64,000 nt of DNA, taken from assembly GCF_009914755.1 (NCBI RefSeq), contig NC_060935.1. One strand, written 5' to 3'. Source of the stretch: the human T2T-CHM13v2.0 reference genome, Homo sapiens. The position numbers and the translations under genes are program-made. Within the stretch, counting starts at the first letter, position 1; each line of letters starts with the position of its first letter. This document shows, one piece after another, positions 25,025-41,214 of the stretch. The notes beneath the pieces were generated by a model. That model was not told the DNA's origin. It worked only from the letters and a program-made list of their open reading frames with translations, and did no database searches.

Positions 25025-26032
25025 GCCGCCGTCCTGCGGGCAAGGGTGGACACCGTGTGGGATTGAGAGGGGCCTGGCGGGGTGGGTTCCAACCAACCCG
25101 CCCCTCGAGTGCCGGAATCAGCAGGACGAATCGGGTCCCAAAGATGTGGGCAAGACTGTTCCGAGGGTCGAAACTCTGGTTCAGGATAAGATTAGCAGGT
25201 ATTTCACAGAGTCGACTTAAGGAAGCTAGTGCCGGAGAGGGAAGAAGTACGAAGGGCTTGCCAGTGAGCCTTAATGACTGATTGATCAAGTGGGAGGGCA
25301 CTGCACTGGCGGTCAGAGAACTGTTCTGTCACTGACTTGCTCTTGTGATAATGGTAGGCTAGTGCATTTCTAGCTCAGGCGCAAGTTTCTCCCGACTCTA
25401 AAGTCATACACTTGCCTTAGATGATGCCCAGTGGTCCTCTAATTAATGATTTTTTTTAAGCTTAAAGACCTTCATACTATACGTTGGCAAGGGTAAAGTG
25501 TAGAGCCTTTGTTTCACAAGAAGCCAGATAGTAATTTCTTCTCCAGGAAATCATTCCGTAAGTCAGAATTTCTCCTCTGTACCCACCCATAAATGATAAT
25601 ACAGGCCGTATTTTACCTGGTGCTGTATTTGTGTACCTGTCCGCTGTCAAAATCCAAGCCCTTGAAGGCAGGCTTCCTTCAGATCTTCATTGCCTTGCAC
25701 AATGCAAGGGTAGGTACTTCCATCTTAATTGAATTTTTACTTCCCATAAAAATTCTTCATGGTGACTTACATTAGTCATCATTACACATCACCGTCAGTT
25801 TTGTAAGCACAGTGTCATTCAAGGTATTGTAAAATTTTGAGTTTGATGATGTGTGACAGTTTCAATTATTTTAGTACAGCCCTAATGAGAACAAGGCCGT
25901 AGTATTGATTCCCTTCAAAGTTGGCGTCTAAGTGAAGGTCACATTCACAAGGAGGGCCTAACTGAAAGCATGTGGAAGCATCATTATAAACTGTTGCTAA
26001 CACGCACAAATAAAGGCTATTAATAGGTATTG

Positions 26033-27484
<1,452 letters not shown>

Positions 27485-27666
27485 GATTTAAAAAGTTTTC
27501 TTGCTAAAAATAATTTTTAAAAGTTTGAAAATGATAAAATCTAGTCTCTTCATTTTACACAAAATAACTAAATATCCTGGGTACTGTGTGAATTATATGA
27601 AAAAAATTCCTTAATCTGAATGTTTCACTTAATAAATGAAGCATCTCCTGGTGATTTTAAAATCAG

Positions 27667-27672
27667 TTTATT
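27667..27672 (-). terminator. Candidate distal poly(A) signal AATAAA of UEVLD
   Basis: Plus-strand tttatt; a CA dinucleotide about 15 nt downstream and a U-rich tract further on. Confidence 0.6.
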
Positions 27673-28601
27673 TTACTCATTATTCTTAATATTTAAGGAA
27701 AACAATGTAAAATGGGAAAAAATGTATCTTCTGCTACATCAAAAAAGCATTTTAATCCAAACCCCACTAAAAATTATAACAAGCTCTGCATGATTTCATA
27801 AAAATGAAAACATGAAAGTTAACAAGCATTGAAAATGCCAAATTATCACAAAATCATAGGGAGGTGGTGGTGGTGATATTGCTTCTTGACTTACACTGGG
27901 ATTTACAACATGATTACTAATACACTTAACACTCAAGGAAATATCTGATACAGAGAATTACTTCTACATTGTGGCCTTCCAGAGGGCAAAGACTATTATT
28001 CATCTTCGAATAGTCAAATTCTAACACAGTATTTGGAGTAACAGTAGGTGTTAAATAAACATTTGTTGTATTGACATGTTCCTTTTATAATTAATGTAAT
28101 GATTTCTTGGTAATTTATTATACAATATTTTCTGGTTAGATTATTGTTCAAAAGCATATTACATATTATCTAACTTTAATTAGATATCAAATATTAGAAA
28201 AGGCTAGTTTTAAAAACACAAGAAATAGTTCTTTCAGTTTTACTTTCCTATTTCATAAAAAAGGACAGTAAGAATACATTGTTAGAGTAACATGAACTAA
28301 TTCACGTGCATATTGAAATTAGATAGAACTAAATGCTTTTCTCTTCAAATGTCCAAGGTTTTTATTCAGTTAACTCTGGTTGGAATCTTTCCAAGCATAT
28401 TAAATAGTTTTCTGCTTTCCTAACATGGGTTACTGAATATAATTTCACCTTTTCTTTATGACTAAAGTTCATCATTATAAGCATTCCTTATTACACTAAA
28501 ACAGCATTAGTTTGCCTATTTCCTCTTTACTAGGATGTGTCTGCCCTTATAAACCCTCCTAACTCCATCTGGATTAACCTATTATATGCTTGCTTTATTT
28601 T

Positions 28602-29068
<467 letters not shown>

Positions 29069-29259
29069 ATGTTTGTTTTTTATAAAAGCATGCCCTTACA
29101 TGAGAATGAAAGTAATCCTTTCATGGTGTACAGGACCCCAGCTTTAGGGTCTTTTGATAACTATTTTGGCTATTAAGCCTTTTCCCCCTTTTAGTGCCTA
29201 GAAAAAGTAGAGGTTGTATGGATAAGTGCCCCTTAATAGCCAAGACTTCTTGAGGACTA

Positions 29260-29400
29260 AACCTCAATTTCCTTTTATAAAATGATGATGGCAATAGTCC
29301 CTACCTCAGTGGTCTGTTGTGAGGATTCAGTAAAATAATAAAGTGCTTATCATGCTGCCTGGTATATATGAAGTGTTGATGTTAACTGTTACTATTAGTT
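29260..29400 (+). mobile_element. MIR fragment in the UEVLD 3' UTR
   Basis: cctcaatttccttttataaaatg...cctacctca...gttgtgaggatt...aaagtgctta...tgcctggta. Confidence 0.7.
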
Positions 29401-29757
29401 GTATGTCACAATAGTAATAATAAGCTATCTTTCACATAAGAAAATATTGCTCTTGATCCATCACCAAAGTGTGTGTACTCTGAACTGTATCATCAGGAGA
29501 GGTTAAAGGATTTGCTCAGAACAAATAAAAAACCTCTCCCTATTATGACCAATGTTTTTAATGAAAATCTCATATTTTGGCTTTAAAGTAAGGTGCTTGG
29601 CTTTCATTCATAATCTATTTCCACTAAAAATATACATTTGCTTATGGTTCCACTAATATCACAATTAGTTTATGAGATGTTGGAGATCTTGTAATACTCC
29701 AGGAAGAGGTTATGGAAAATTTCATAAAGGAAGTCCCACTGGAAATTAAAGTAAACT

Positions 29758-29763
29758 TTTAAT
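29758..29763 (-). terminator. Candidate proximal poly(A) signal ATTAAA of UEVLD
   Basis: Plus-strand tttaat, about 600 nt after the stop codon, with U-rich sequence downstream. Confidence 0.55.
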
Positions 29764-30362
29764 GCATATATTTTAAAAATTCACTTTCCATTTTACTATT
29801 TTAAAGTGCATGTAAAATTCTTTTCCATTTTTTGGTAGGTAATTAATTTGAAGAAGGGAAATACAATGCTTTACTATTACTACCAACAGGATTTTACACA
29901 AGAAACATTAGTAACTTAAGCTGTGGATCCTGTGAATGTACAACTGACACAGATTTTGTAAATCCATACTGGGCCTGGAACTTATGTTGATTATAAAAGT
30001 CAAAGGGTAATTTTCTTTTAAAGATATATTACTTATAAAATATTCCCGAAGTATGAATTGTGCTTTTAGTTTAGGATATATGATTTAAATTGATGCACAC
30101 TGCAGATGAATGTTTACCCCTGCTGTAGATTTAAAGAACAGCATAGATATCTCAAGAACCCCAAATAAAATTAATTTTTCCCCTCCTTGTATAACTCCTT
30201 AAGGATTTACATCACAAAGCTAATCAAGAAACCCTCTACTTTAACCAAGCAGTTTGTAAAAGTAAGTAGCAGGATACAGAAATCCTCAAACCTATATATA
30301 GGTAAAATTAAATGACTTTTCCCTTTAGGTAGAAGTCCAGCCTCTCAAATTGCATTTGAGAA

Positions 30363-30530
30363 TCAAAGTTTTAACTGTTGTTGGAGACTGTGGATTGAGG
30401 ATGCACTGCTTTGGAGTTTCTCAGTAACTGTATCTTCTTTCAGTGTGGTTTTGATAACTTCAGATACTCCATTGGTTCCAAGGATGCAAGGCAAACTTAA
30501 AAACACTTCACTATTTATATCATAATATCC
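30363..30530 (-). CDS. UEVLD: UEVLD last exon coding part ([55 protein letters not shown])
   Basis: Acceptor tttcag|GG; TGA at 30365-30363; 168 nt. Confidence 0.96.
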   Translation of the reverse strand, partial: GYYDINSEVFLSLPCILGTNGVSEVIKTTLKEDTVTEKLQSSASSIHSLQQQLKL

Positions 30531-30929
30531 CTGAAATGAGAAAAATAGGGATTTAATAGAACTAAATCATTGCAAAGAAGTTAATACAAAAATGCATACT
30601 TTCTTGCTTTCTTAACTAGGACAAAGTGATACAAGTTGGACTTAAAAAAATTTTTTTGTTCATTTACTTATTTTATTTTTAGAAGTCCAGACCTCACAAT
30701 CATTCATTGATTCTATAAACTTGTTATCATTTCAGAAAATTTTTGAGAGATGGAAGCAACTTGGTCAGACACCCACTTTGTAGAGAAGCAAGCTAGCCCC
30801 CCCTGCAATATGGGTAGGAGGTTGGGGGCTAACAAAAAAGATAGTTAAGAATGTATTTCCTGGGGAGGGGCATGGGATGGTCTCTGGGCACAGTCATGAC
30901 AATAGCTTCTTTAAAAAATAAAACAACTG

Positions 30930-31480
<551 letters not shown>

Positions 31481-32372
31481 ATAAATCTGGGGTGACTTGG
31501 CTGGCTGAGATGATAAATGACAGTCAGAAGAAATTTATGGATATATAAACACTATTTGGGGGTTACATGAGTAAGAATATGTGATATTTGTCTTTCTGGC
31601 ACATAAATCTGGGGTGACTTGGCTGGCTGAGATGATAAATGACAGTAAGAAGAAATTTATGGATATATAAACACTATTTGGGGGTTACCAAAAATCACAT
31701 GAGGGTGAGAAGGCAACCTGATAGAAGTCCACACTTTTTTTGTTTGTTTGTTTTCGAGACTGAGTCTCGCTGTGTCACCCAGGCTGGAGTTGCAGAGGTG
31801 CTCACTGCAACCTCCGCCTCCCGAGTAGCTGGGATTACAGACATACGCCACTATGTCTGGCTAATTTTTGTATTTTTAGTAGAGAGGGGTTTCACCATGT
31901 TAGCCAGGCTGGTCTCAAACTCCTAACCTCAAGTGATCCACCTGCCTCGGCCTCCGAGTGCTGGGATTACAGGCGTGAGCCACTGCCCCCAGTCAAAATG
32001 TTATCTTTGGAGACAGGGATTCGCTGTGTTGTCCATGCTGGAGTCCAGTGACATGATCATGGCTCACTGCAGCCTCAACCTCCCAGGCTCAAGAGATTTT
32101 CCCACCTCAGCCTACTGAGTGGTTGTCACATGCCTGGCAAAGTTTTGTTTTTGTTTTTGTAAAGTTGGGGTCTCACTATGTTGCCCAAGCTGGCAGACTT
32201 CTCATAGCTAAGCAGGATAGGGCTTAAACTAAACTGCCTTCTCCTACCTGTTACTCTAAAAGCTGGTGATACTGAAGACACCTGGGGTTAGAGTATGAAT
32301 AATGATTTTGTTAGTTTTGTATTAATAATATCTAAGTTTAAAATATAATAAGAGAATAAGAATAGCAATTAC

Positions 32373-32496
32373 CTTTGCTAAAGCTGATACAGAATGCACT
32401 TTCTTCTTATTGTTTACAATACTGTCAACCATGTCAGCTACTGATAGTCCAACAGACCAGGATCTTTGACCTTTTACTCTTAGCAGTTCCATGGCT
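32373..32496 (-). CDS. UEVLD: UEVLD exon 11 ([42 protein letters not shown])
   Basis: Acceptor aacctag|AG; donor AAG|gtaatt; 124 nt. Confidence 0.95.
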
Positions 32497-33960
32497 CTAG
32501 GTTACAAAAATACGTGATCTCAGAAAATGCATAAAATATGCACATTTAGTTTTACATTCTGGCTAAGGTATTAATTAGATGTTTCTATGACAGAAACAAG
32601 AGTTATGCAGCAATTGTTAGGGAAGCCTATAGATAATCTAATCTAATGTTTATTTAAACTTTTCCTAAGATGTCAGATAGGCAGTTCAAAGAAAATACAA
32701 ATGGCCTAATAACATAAAAAATGTTCACTGCCATTGATATTTAACCAATATGAATTAAAACAATAAATACCAATTTGCCTATCGATAATTGGCAAAAATT
32801 AAAAAGACTGATAACTAATTTGGAGAAACTGTAAACAGGCATTCTCATAACTGCTATTGAGAATGTAAAGTGATCTAACCTTTTAAGAAGAAGATTTGGT
32901 AACGTCTGATCTAGAAATTCCTCTTCTAGGCATTTATCTTACAGCAGTATGCTCAAGTGTGCAAAGATGTACATAATAAGCATGTCTGCAATATTTGGAA
33001 ACAACTCATCAAAAGAGGACTGGTTAAATCACTACCAAGCGTAGTACCATGTAGCTTTTGAGAAGAATAAGGTAGATTTACATGTACAATGTGCAAAAAT
33101 GTCTGAGATTTCATCATTAAGGAAAGAAATGAAGTTGCAAGATAGTATGGATAGCATAAATCTATATTATTATACATTTGTAGAAGCATTGAAAAACAAT
33201 TTTTTCTTTTTAGAGACAGGGTCTCTGTGTTGTCCAAGCTGGTCTCAAACTCCTGGGCTCAACTGATCCTCCCATTTCAGCCTCCTGAGTAGAAAAAAAA
33301 TTTTTTGGACATGTGGACACTAAATTGTTAAAAATGGTTGTCTCTGAAAAATGGAATTACCTTAGCTTTTTCTTTTAATATTTTATAGATATCTGCAGTA
33401 TCTGAAGTTTTATAATAAGCATACATTCTTTTATAAATGATAAAAATACATAAACACTTAAATTTCTTCCTTTTAAAAAGTATAAATGCAGGATTGTATA
33501 ATCAGATTAGAATGAATTATACCATACACTAATCTTCTCAAGAAAGAGAACACTTTTTCCAGTTGTTATATTCTAAAAGTCATAAGCTGATGGCTTTGAA
33601 AGCTAAAGATCACCACCTCTCAGACTTCAGGAAAATGTTATATGACGGTGAAACAACAAATGCCATGAGTATAAATTCTGTGTAGAGTCCTGCCTATGCG
33701 GTACAGACCCCTGGAAGGCCTCTGGATAAAAGCAAAAGATACAAGGATCTGTGTGTTACACTTTTTTTTTTGCCTGAACATATAATATGGCTTATCCATT
33801 CATATTAGACTGATTTCCAGTTCTATTTGTGTGTGATTAATAGATATTCATTTTTAAGTGGTGTGGACAAATTATCTTCTACATTAAGAAAATTGTTGGC
33901 CTGGCACGGTGGCTCACACCTGTAATCCCGGCACTTTGGGAGGCCAAGGCGGGTGGATCA

Positions 33961-34175
<215 letters not shown>

Positions 34176-34448
34176 TTAGGTAGAGAAGCAGTAAATCACT
34201 GTCTACAAATAACATGTTTTACCATTTAAATGTCAACTGTGTTATCTGAAAAAGCTTGCAAAGCACTCTTAGATCTACCTTCAGATAAGAAATCAAAGAA
34301 TATAAAACACTGCTCCTTTATACTTTTGGGTTTGTCCATATTAGTTTTGTTTCCAGAAGCCTGGTTAAGTACATACTGTATAAATAGCTGTTAGCTATGA
34401 AGTAAATGATTTTTCGTTGGATAAATGCAAATTTCCAGTCAGTGTTAC

Positions 34449-34512
34449 CTGTTGGACAGCTGCACTTGAGAGGTATGACTCACTACTTCTTCTTGGCCAC
34501 TCCATGTGAGCA
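34449..34512 (-). CDS. UEVLD: UEVLD exon 10 (V-LTWSGQEEVVSHTSQVQLSN-R)
   Basis: Acceptor ttttag|TG; donor CAG|gtaaca; 64 nt. Confidence 0.94.
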
Positions 34513-34899
34513 CTAAAATTAGATGAAGAATTAATTATGTTTTGCCAGTGACTCTTTGGATTAAGATGTGATAACAGATCTTTTGGAGTCAAGGGTACCT
34601 GTGCTAATATTTATATAGAAGTTTTCTCATTTCTAGCAAGTTAGATTTTTCCACTGGATAACAATGAATGTGCTGTACCACTAGCCCGAGGTGAGGAAAA
34701 CTCTGAACTACAAAAAACATGATCCCCAAAGTCTGCTTGCAGTCTCCTTACCTGTTTTCTCTCATCAGTAACAGTTCTGCAAGGGCCATTTTACTATCTA
34801 AGTAGAAACCTATAAGCACTTGACATTTGTTCTGCTGAGAAATGCACTGAGACTAATTTCACCAGGTAGGGAATAATCTGGTCACCTATTTTGGGCTAG

Positions 34900-35178
<279 letters not shown>

Positions 35179-35351
35179 TAATCCACCTGCTTCGGCCTCC
35201 CAAAGTGCTAGGATTACAGGCTTGAGCCACCACACCCAGCACCAGGGTCCTGTTTTCTAAAAGAATCTTCTGGGTTACCCATTTCCTTTTACTACATCAT
35301 TTACAAAAACAATTCAAAACTTCAAAGCTGCATACACAGACTGGAAATTTC

Positions 35352-35383
<32 letters not shown>

Positions 35384-35751
35384 CTTTTTCTTTTTGAGAC
35401 GGACTCTCGCTGTTACCTAGCCTGGTGTGCAATGGTGTGATCTTGGCTCACTGCAACCTCCGCCTCCCGGTTCAAACAATTCTCCTGCCTCAGCCTCCTG
35501 AGTAGCTGGGACTACAGGCACCCGCCACCACACCTGGCTAATTTTTGTATTTTTAGTAGAGATGGGATTTTGCCATGTTAGCCAGGCAGGTCTCGAACTC
35601 CTGACCTCAGGTGATTCACCCACCTTGGCCTCCCAAAGTGCTAGGATTACAGGTGTGAGCCACTGCGCCTGGCCAGACTAGAAATTTATATCACACTTTA
35701 ATATTATTATTATTATTATTATTTGATACACAGTCTTACTTTGTCACCTAG

Positions 35752-35925
<174 letters not shown>

Positions 35926-36360
35926 TGAACTCCTTACCTCAGGTGATCTGCCTGCCTTGGCCTCCCAAAGTGCTGGGATTACAGGCGTAAGCCACTGAGC
36001 CGAACTGCACTTTAATATTAAATTGAAGTTGCCAGTAACATTTTGAAACCTTTCCAATGTTCACCTGTTTCTCATCTGTGTGAAGAGATTGTTTGGTACA
36101 AATCTGTACATATTTGAGTAGGCAAAACAAAAATACTTGTGGCTATAGAATAATATGTTTAAGATACAAGAATTCTAAACTACATTCAAAATTAGACCAC
36201 TTAGTCATGTGTCAGCAACAAAGGACCCCATATGTATCCAGATGCCTCCCTTCCTCAAACTGATTATAAGCTCCCAGAGTGCAGGGACCATGTATTATTC
36301 TTTTGTGTTCTCTTGCACATATTCTTTTTTTTTTTTTTTGGAGACGGAGTCTCACTGTGA

Positions 36361-36729
<369 letters not shown>

Positions 36730-36864
36730 TAATTATATTTGGTAACAAAGGGGAAAACATACTTGCCATAGTTAAGTTGAAAAACAGAAAAAGGGCCGGG
36801 CGTGGTGGCTCACGCCAGTAATCCCAGCACTTTGGGAGGCCGAGGCGGGTGGATCATAAGGTCA

Positions 36865-37251
<387 letters not shown>

Positions 37252-37497
37252 CTACAGACGCCAGCCACCCGCCCGGCTAATTTGTATTTTTAGTAGAGAC
37301 AGGGCTTCACCACGTTGGCCAGGCTGGTCTCGATCTCCTGACCTTGTGATCCACCCGCCTCGGTCTCCCAAAGTGCTAGGATTATAGGCATGAGCCACTG
37401 CACCCAGCCAAAAGTTTTTGTATAAGAAAAAAACACAAAACCATGAACTGTTATATGAAAAATATAAATACATATGGACAACTTAAGGGATTTTTAA

Positions 37498-37649
37498 AAT
37501 GTTTTACTTAGATAGAAGGGTGATAGGTGGATTACTTTAAAAATTTGTTACATTGGGCGGGATGTTTTGAAAATTGTGTTTTGGCATGAATGTTTTACTT
37601 AGATAAAAGGGTAATAGGTGGATTACTTTCTTTAAAAATTTGTTACATT
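37498..37649. repeat. ~57-61 bp direct repeat with a 34-nt spacer
   Basis: aatgttttacttagata.aagggt.ataggtggattacttt(cttt)aaaaatttgttacatt at 37498-37554 and 37589-37649. Confidence 0.92.
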
Positions 37650-38084
37650 ATTTGTATGAACTTACTTAACTTGGCAAATTAAGGAAGGCTTCCTGGGAGA
37701 GGTGGCACTCAAGCCCAATCCTAAAGGGTAAGCAGGAGTTAGCCAAGTGAACGAGTTCAGGGAAAGGAAGCAGCAGTTGCTAAGTTAAGGAGGCATGAGA
37801 GTGCATAAACCATTCAGTAAACTGCAAGTCAACCACCTGACTAGCATAGAATGCCTGGGAGAATGGGAGACGATGAAGCAGGAAATAGACCTAAAGGTCT
37901 TGTATGTCATGTGATTCCTCCCTAGGCTGTAGCTGTCACTTGTCTCTGAAATACTTGAAGAGGATATTTTATTTACACAATTGTTACTCTTATATCTGTT
38001 TCCAAATCCTAATGTTGCTTTACTTCAAAGAGTTATTTTACATGTTTTTTGCCAATTTTCTATTCATCACCATCTTGCCAATCA

Positions 38085-38380
38085 CTGTAATAATAGCTAC
38101 CATTTGCTGAGCGTTTGCTGTGTGCCAGATACTGTACTAAATGCTCTAGATACATTATCTTAAGTGACAGCAAGGAAGAGCACAGCTTCAGAGTCAGATC
38201 AGGGTTCAAATCTCAGTTCTGCCCTTCACAGATATGTAACCTTGGGCAAATTACTTATCTCATTGAGCCTTAAGTTTCCTCATACATAAATCTGGAAAAC
38301 CACTACCTCCTTCACAGAGTGTTTATAAAATTTAAATGAGATATGCAAAATATTTAATACACATAGTAGGTACAATAAAA
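38085..38380. mobile_element. MIR fragments
   Basis: taatagctaccatttgctgagcg...gtgccagatactg; gggttcaaatctcagttctgcc...taaccttgggcaaattactta. Confidence 0.75.
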
Positions 38381-40378
38381 AATAATTATAATTGCAGTTA
38401 CTGTGATGGTATCACTTATGCAAAAGTCTAAACAGTTGGTATCTATACATGAAACCAGCAGAGGGAGCTTCTAATCCATTTCTGATACCAGGACCAAGGT
38501 AAATATACCTATCCATGGATATAACTAGCTCTTCAAGAAGAGTAGAAGACAGAATAAAAAGTGATCAGATGGTACTTCTAGAAGGCAGACAGGGAGATAG
38601 ACTGGGGAGAACTACATAGTTAACTTCAGTATCAGTAATGTTCTTGATTGAGTATGGATTCATACGTGCTCAGTTATGTTTTAACACTGGCATTATGTGT
38701 GTCAAATATTACATAATACTACATTTATGTGATCTCAATTTGCATGCACCTACATCTCTCTATTTCTAGTTCCAATTTGAGACCTCAAGACAGAATTACC
38801 ACATCTCTTCCCTGTGGTTTTATCCTACTTCCCTTGGACCTCTCTCAGAGTACAGCCTTCCAGTCATTTCCAGTATTAGACTCAAAGTTTCCTAAAGACA
38901 GGGTCAGGTTCTTACACATCTATATAGTTCTAACAGCAATCAACACAGTGTTTATTGAGCAAAGCAGGTGGCCAATAAATGTTTCTGAAAATAAATTCCT
39001 ACATTTGGGATAAAAGGTCATTTAATCAAATACAAACTGCTTTTTGGTAGGTTTTAAATTGTTCCTCTGAAGAGCTCACAATTAACTTCTATTAGATTGT
39101 TTTTTTCCTTCACCCAGATATACTAGGTTAGGGTAAGTGGTATATTTATCACATCACATCAGCCTGTATTTTCTCTTTATGAGACTTAAGAAATTAATAC
39201 AACCATATTTCAAACATTCTTACTCATTCAATATTTATTGTATATCAACTATTCCTCAAAACTTGTAAATTAGAGAGGCTGGTTAAGTAAATTATGGTAT
39301 ATCCAGTAGTTAAAAAGAATGAATGAGCTCTATGTTACTGTGCAATCATTCCATAATCATTGGTAAGTAAAAGGGCGAGGTGGAGAATGATGTATGATGT
39401 CTATTTCACATGTGTGCTTGTCTATACACAGAATATTTCTGGAAGATTATAAAAGAGACTGATAACTGTGATTGTCCCTAGGAAGAAGGATTGAGTGTCT
39501 GGCATCTAAGGGAGACTTTTCACTGCATATCTTTTTGTACTTATTTTTCCAGTGTGAATGTACTACATTTTCAACTAAAATAACTTAATAATTTGCACTT
39601 TAAATAAGGAGAAGGTCACACACAAAAATCAGATAAGAACAAGCAGCAGGACAACAAAAGTAACATGATGAGACAAGATGTAGTTTATTACCTTATAGAT
39701 TGAAATAGCTTTAGCTCAAAGGAGTGAAGAAATCACTGTGAAGTGATGTGATCAGGAAAAAACCTTTATCATATAAGGGATGCTTGACTTAGACCTTGAA
39801 AGATGTCAATAAGATGGCCGAGAAGGCAAAGGGATTACAAGGGAGGTAAACAAAGTGAGTAAATGTCCCTGTGGCAAAGCTGTGGGGTGGGCCTGGGAGA
39901 CACAAGACCTGGGTGCTAGTCCTTTGACCCTAAAAGCTGTAGGCTTCCACGCAGGTCACTTTTACAATGCCTGCATTCACTGGCTCCCTAAAACAAAATG
40001 TAATAGATGGTCCCTTCCAGCTCTCTAATAACGTGGCTATCTCCCTAACTATAATTGGGAAGAAAGATTAGGGTTATATTTTGGGGGTCCCTGAGTGCCA
40101 AGCAATGCAATTTAATGGTTTGGTCAGAGGAAGCCTCTGAAAGTTTTTGAAAATAATAACATGTTTTAGGAAGATTGAATTAATATGTGAGAGCACACAA
40201 TAAACATTCTATAAGTTTTGAGTAATATTATTATTATTTTCACATCATTTACCGGGTAGACTAGAGGGGAAGAGGCAAACTAACCATGAGATGTGCAATA
40301 ACCAGGCAAGCAAGAGATCAACATGGACCAGAGGGTTTGGTCTATGTTGGGTTTTGAGTTTGAATGAGCCATGAATTT

Positions 40379-40432
40379 CAAATGTATTCAAGTAATGAAT
40401 GAATGGAGACATTCATTACTTGAATACATTTG
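40379..40432. repeat. Perfect 23-bp inverted repeat with an 8-nt loop
   Basis: caaatgtattcaagtaatgaatg-aatggaga-cattcattacttgaatacatttg. Confidence 0.95.
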
Positions 40433-40848
40433 CTCCAAGTTCTTGTTTGCTACCCTTTTCCAGGGTCCTGTTGATTAGTGTGTAGTGTCAGGGAGCATTT
40501 GGAGCCTCAAAAGTATTTTTGCTCAGTCATGCTGTCGGGTTTTTTAAGGGTTTATTGTATAGCCTGACTCATTCTAGCACTGAGCCTTCTAGTAGCCAGT
40601 GCAGATTTTTACAGATTTAAAATACTGTTATATTTTATTAAAATGCTTTTCTTAAAAATTATATAAATACTACATATTTTTACTACACAGAAAACTATAA
40701 ATTTTTAAAAGTTACCTCTAACCTAGATATCATCAATGTTAATATTTTATTTTAATGGCATCAAAGTATAGATGACACTTTAAATTCCAAGGAAATAGTT
40801 TTGAGAGGGTGATTTGCTTTGTGGAAATATGGTTTGACATCTATTTAA

Positions 40849-41214
<366 letters not shown>

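Larger units (their letters stand above)
24540..25220. promoter_or_regulatory. TSG101: CpG island / TATA-less promoter of TSG101
   Basis: The only GC- and CpG-rich non-Alu stretch in the window. It spans exon 1 and contains GC boxes (gggcgg) and several ETS cores (GGAAG); no TATA box seen. Confidence 0.92.

Noticed and set aside
24740-25301. Overlapping ORFs across the promoter, including a plus-strand ATG at 24866 (ccgccATGa) overlapping the TSG101 start codon (66 aa)
   Set aside because: Stop-poor GC-rich DNA readily yields such ORFs. They have no recognisable domain and would need an antisense transcript starting in intron 1, for which I see no evidence.
30345-30374. Possible LDHB/MDH1-like stop read-through to a peroxisomal PTS1
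   Set aside because: The stop context is UGA-UUC, not UGA-CUAG, and the extension ends in NAI. The native -LKL end is not a canonical PTS1.
30330-30700. tagaagtccag(-/a)cct repeated 350 bp apart around the last UEVLD coding segment
   Set aside because: The exact match is only 11 bp, which is compatible with chance.
37498-37649. Repeat-spacer-repeat resembling a minimal CRISPR unit
   Set aside because: Human intron, only two long non-palindromic copies and no cas genes. It is a local duplication.
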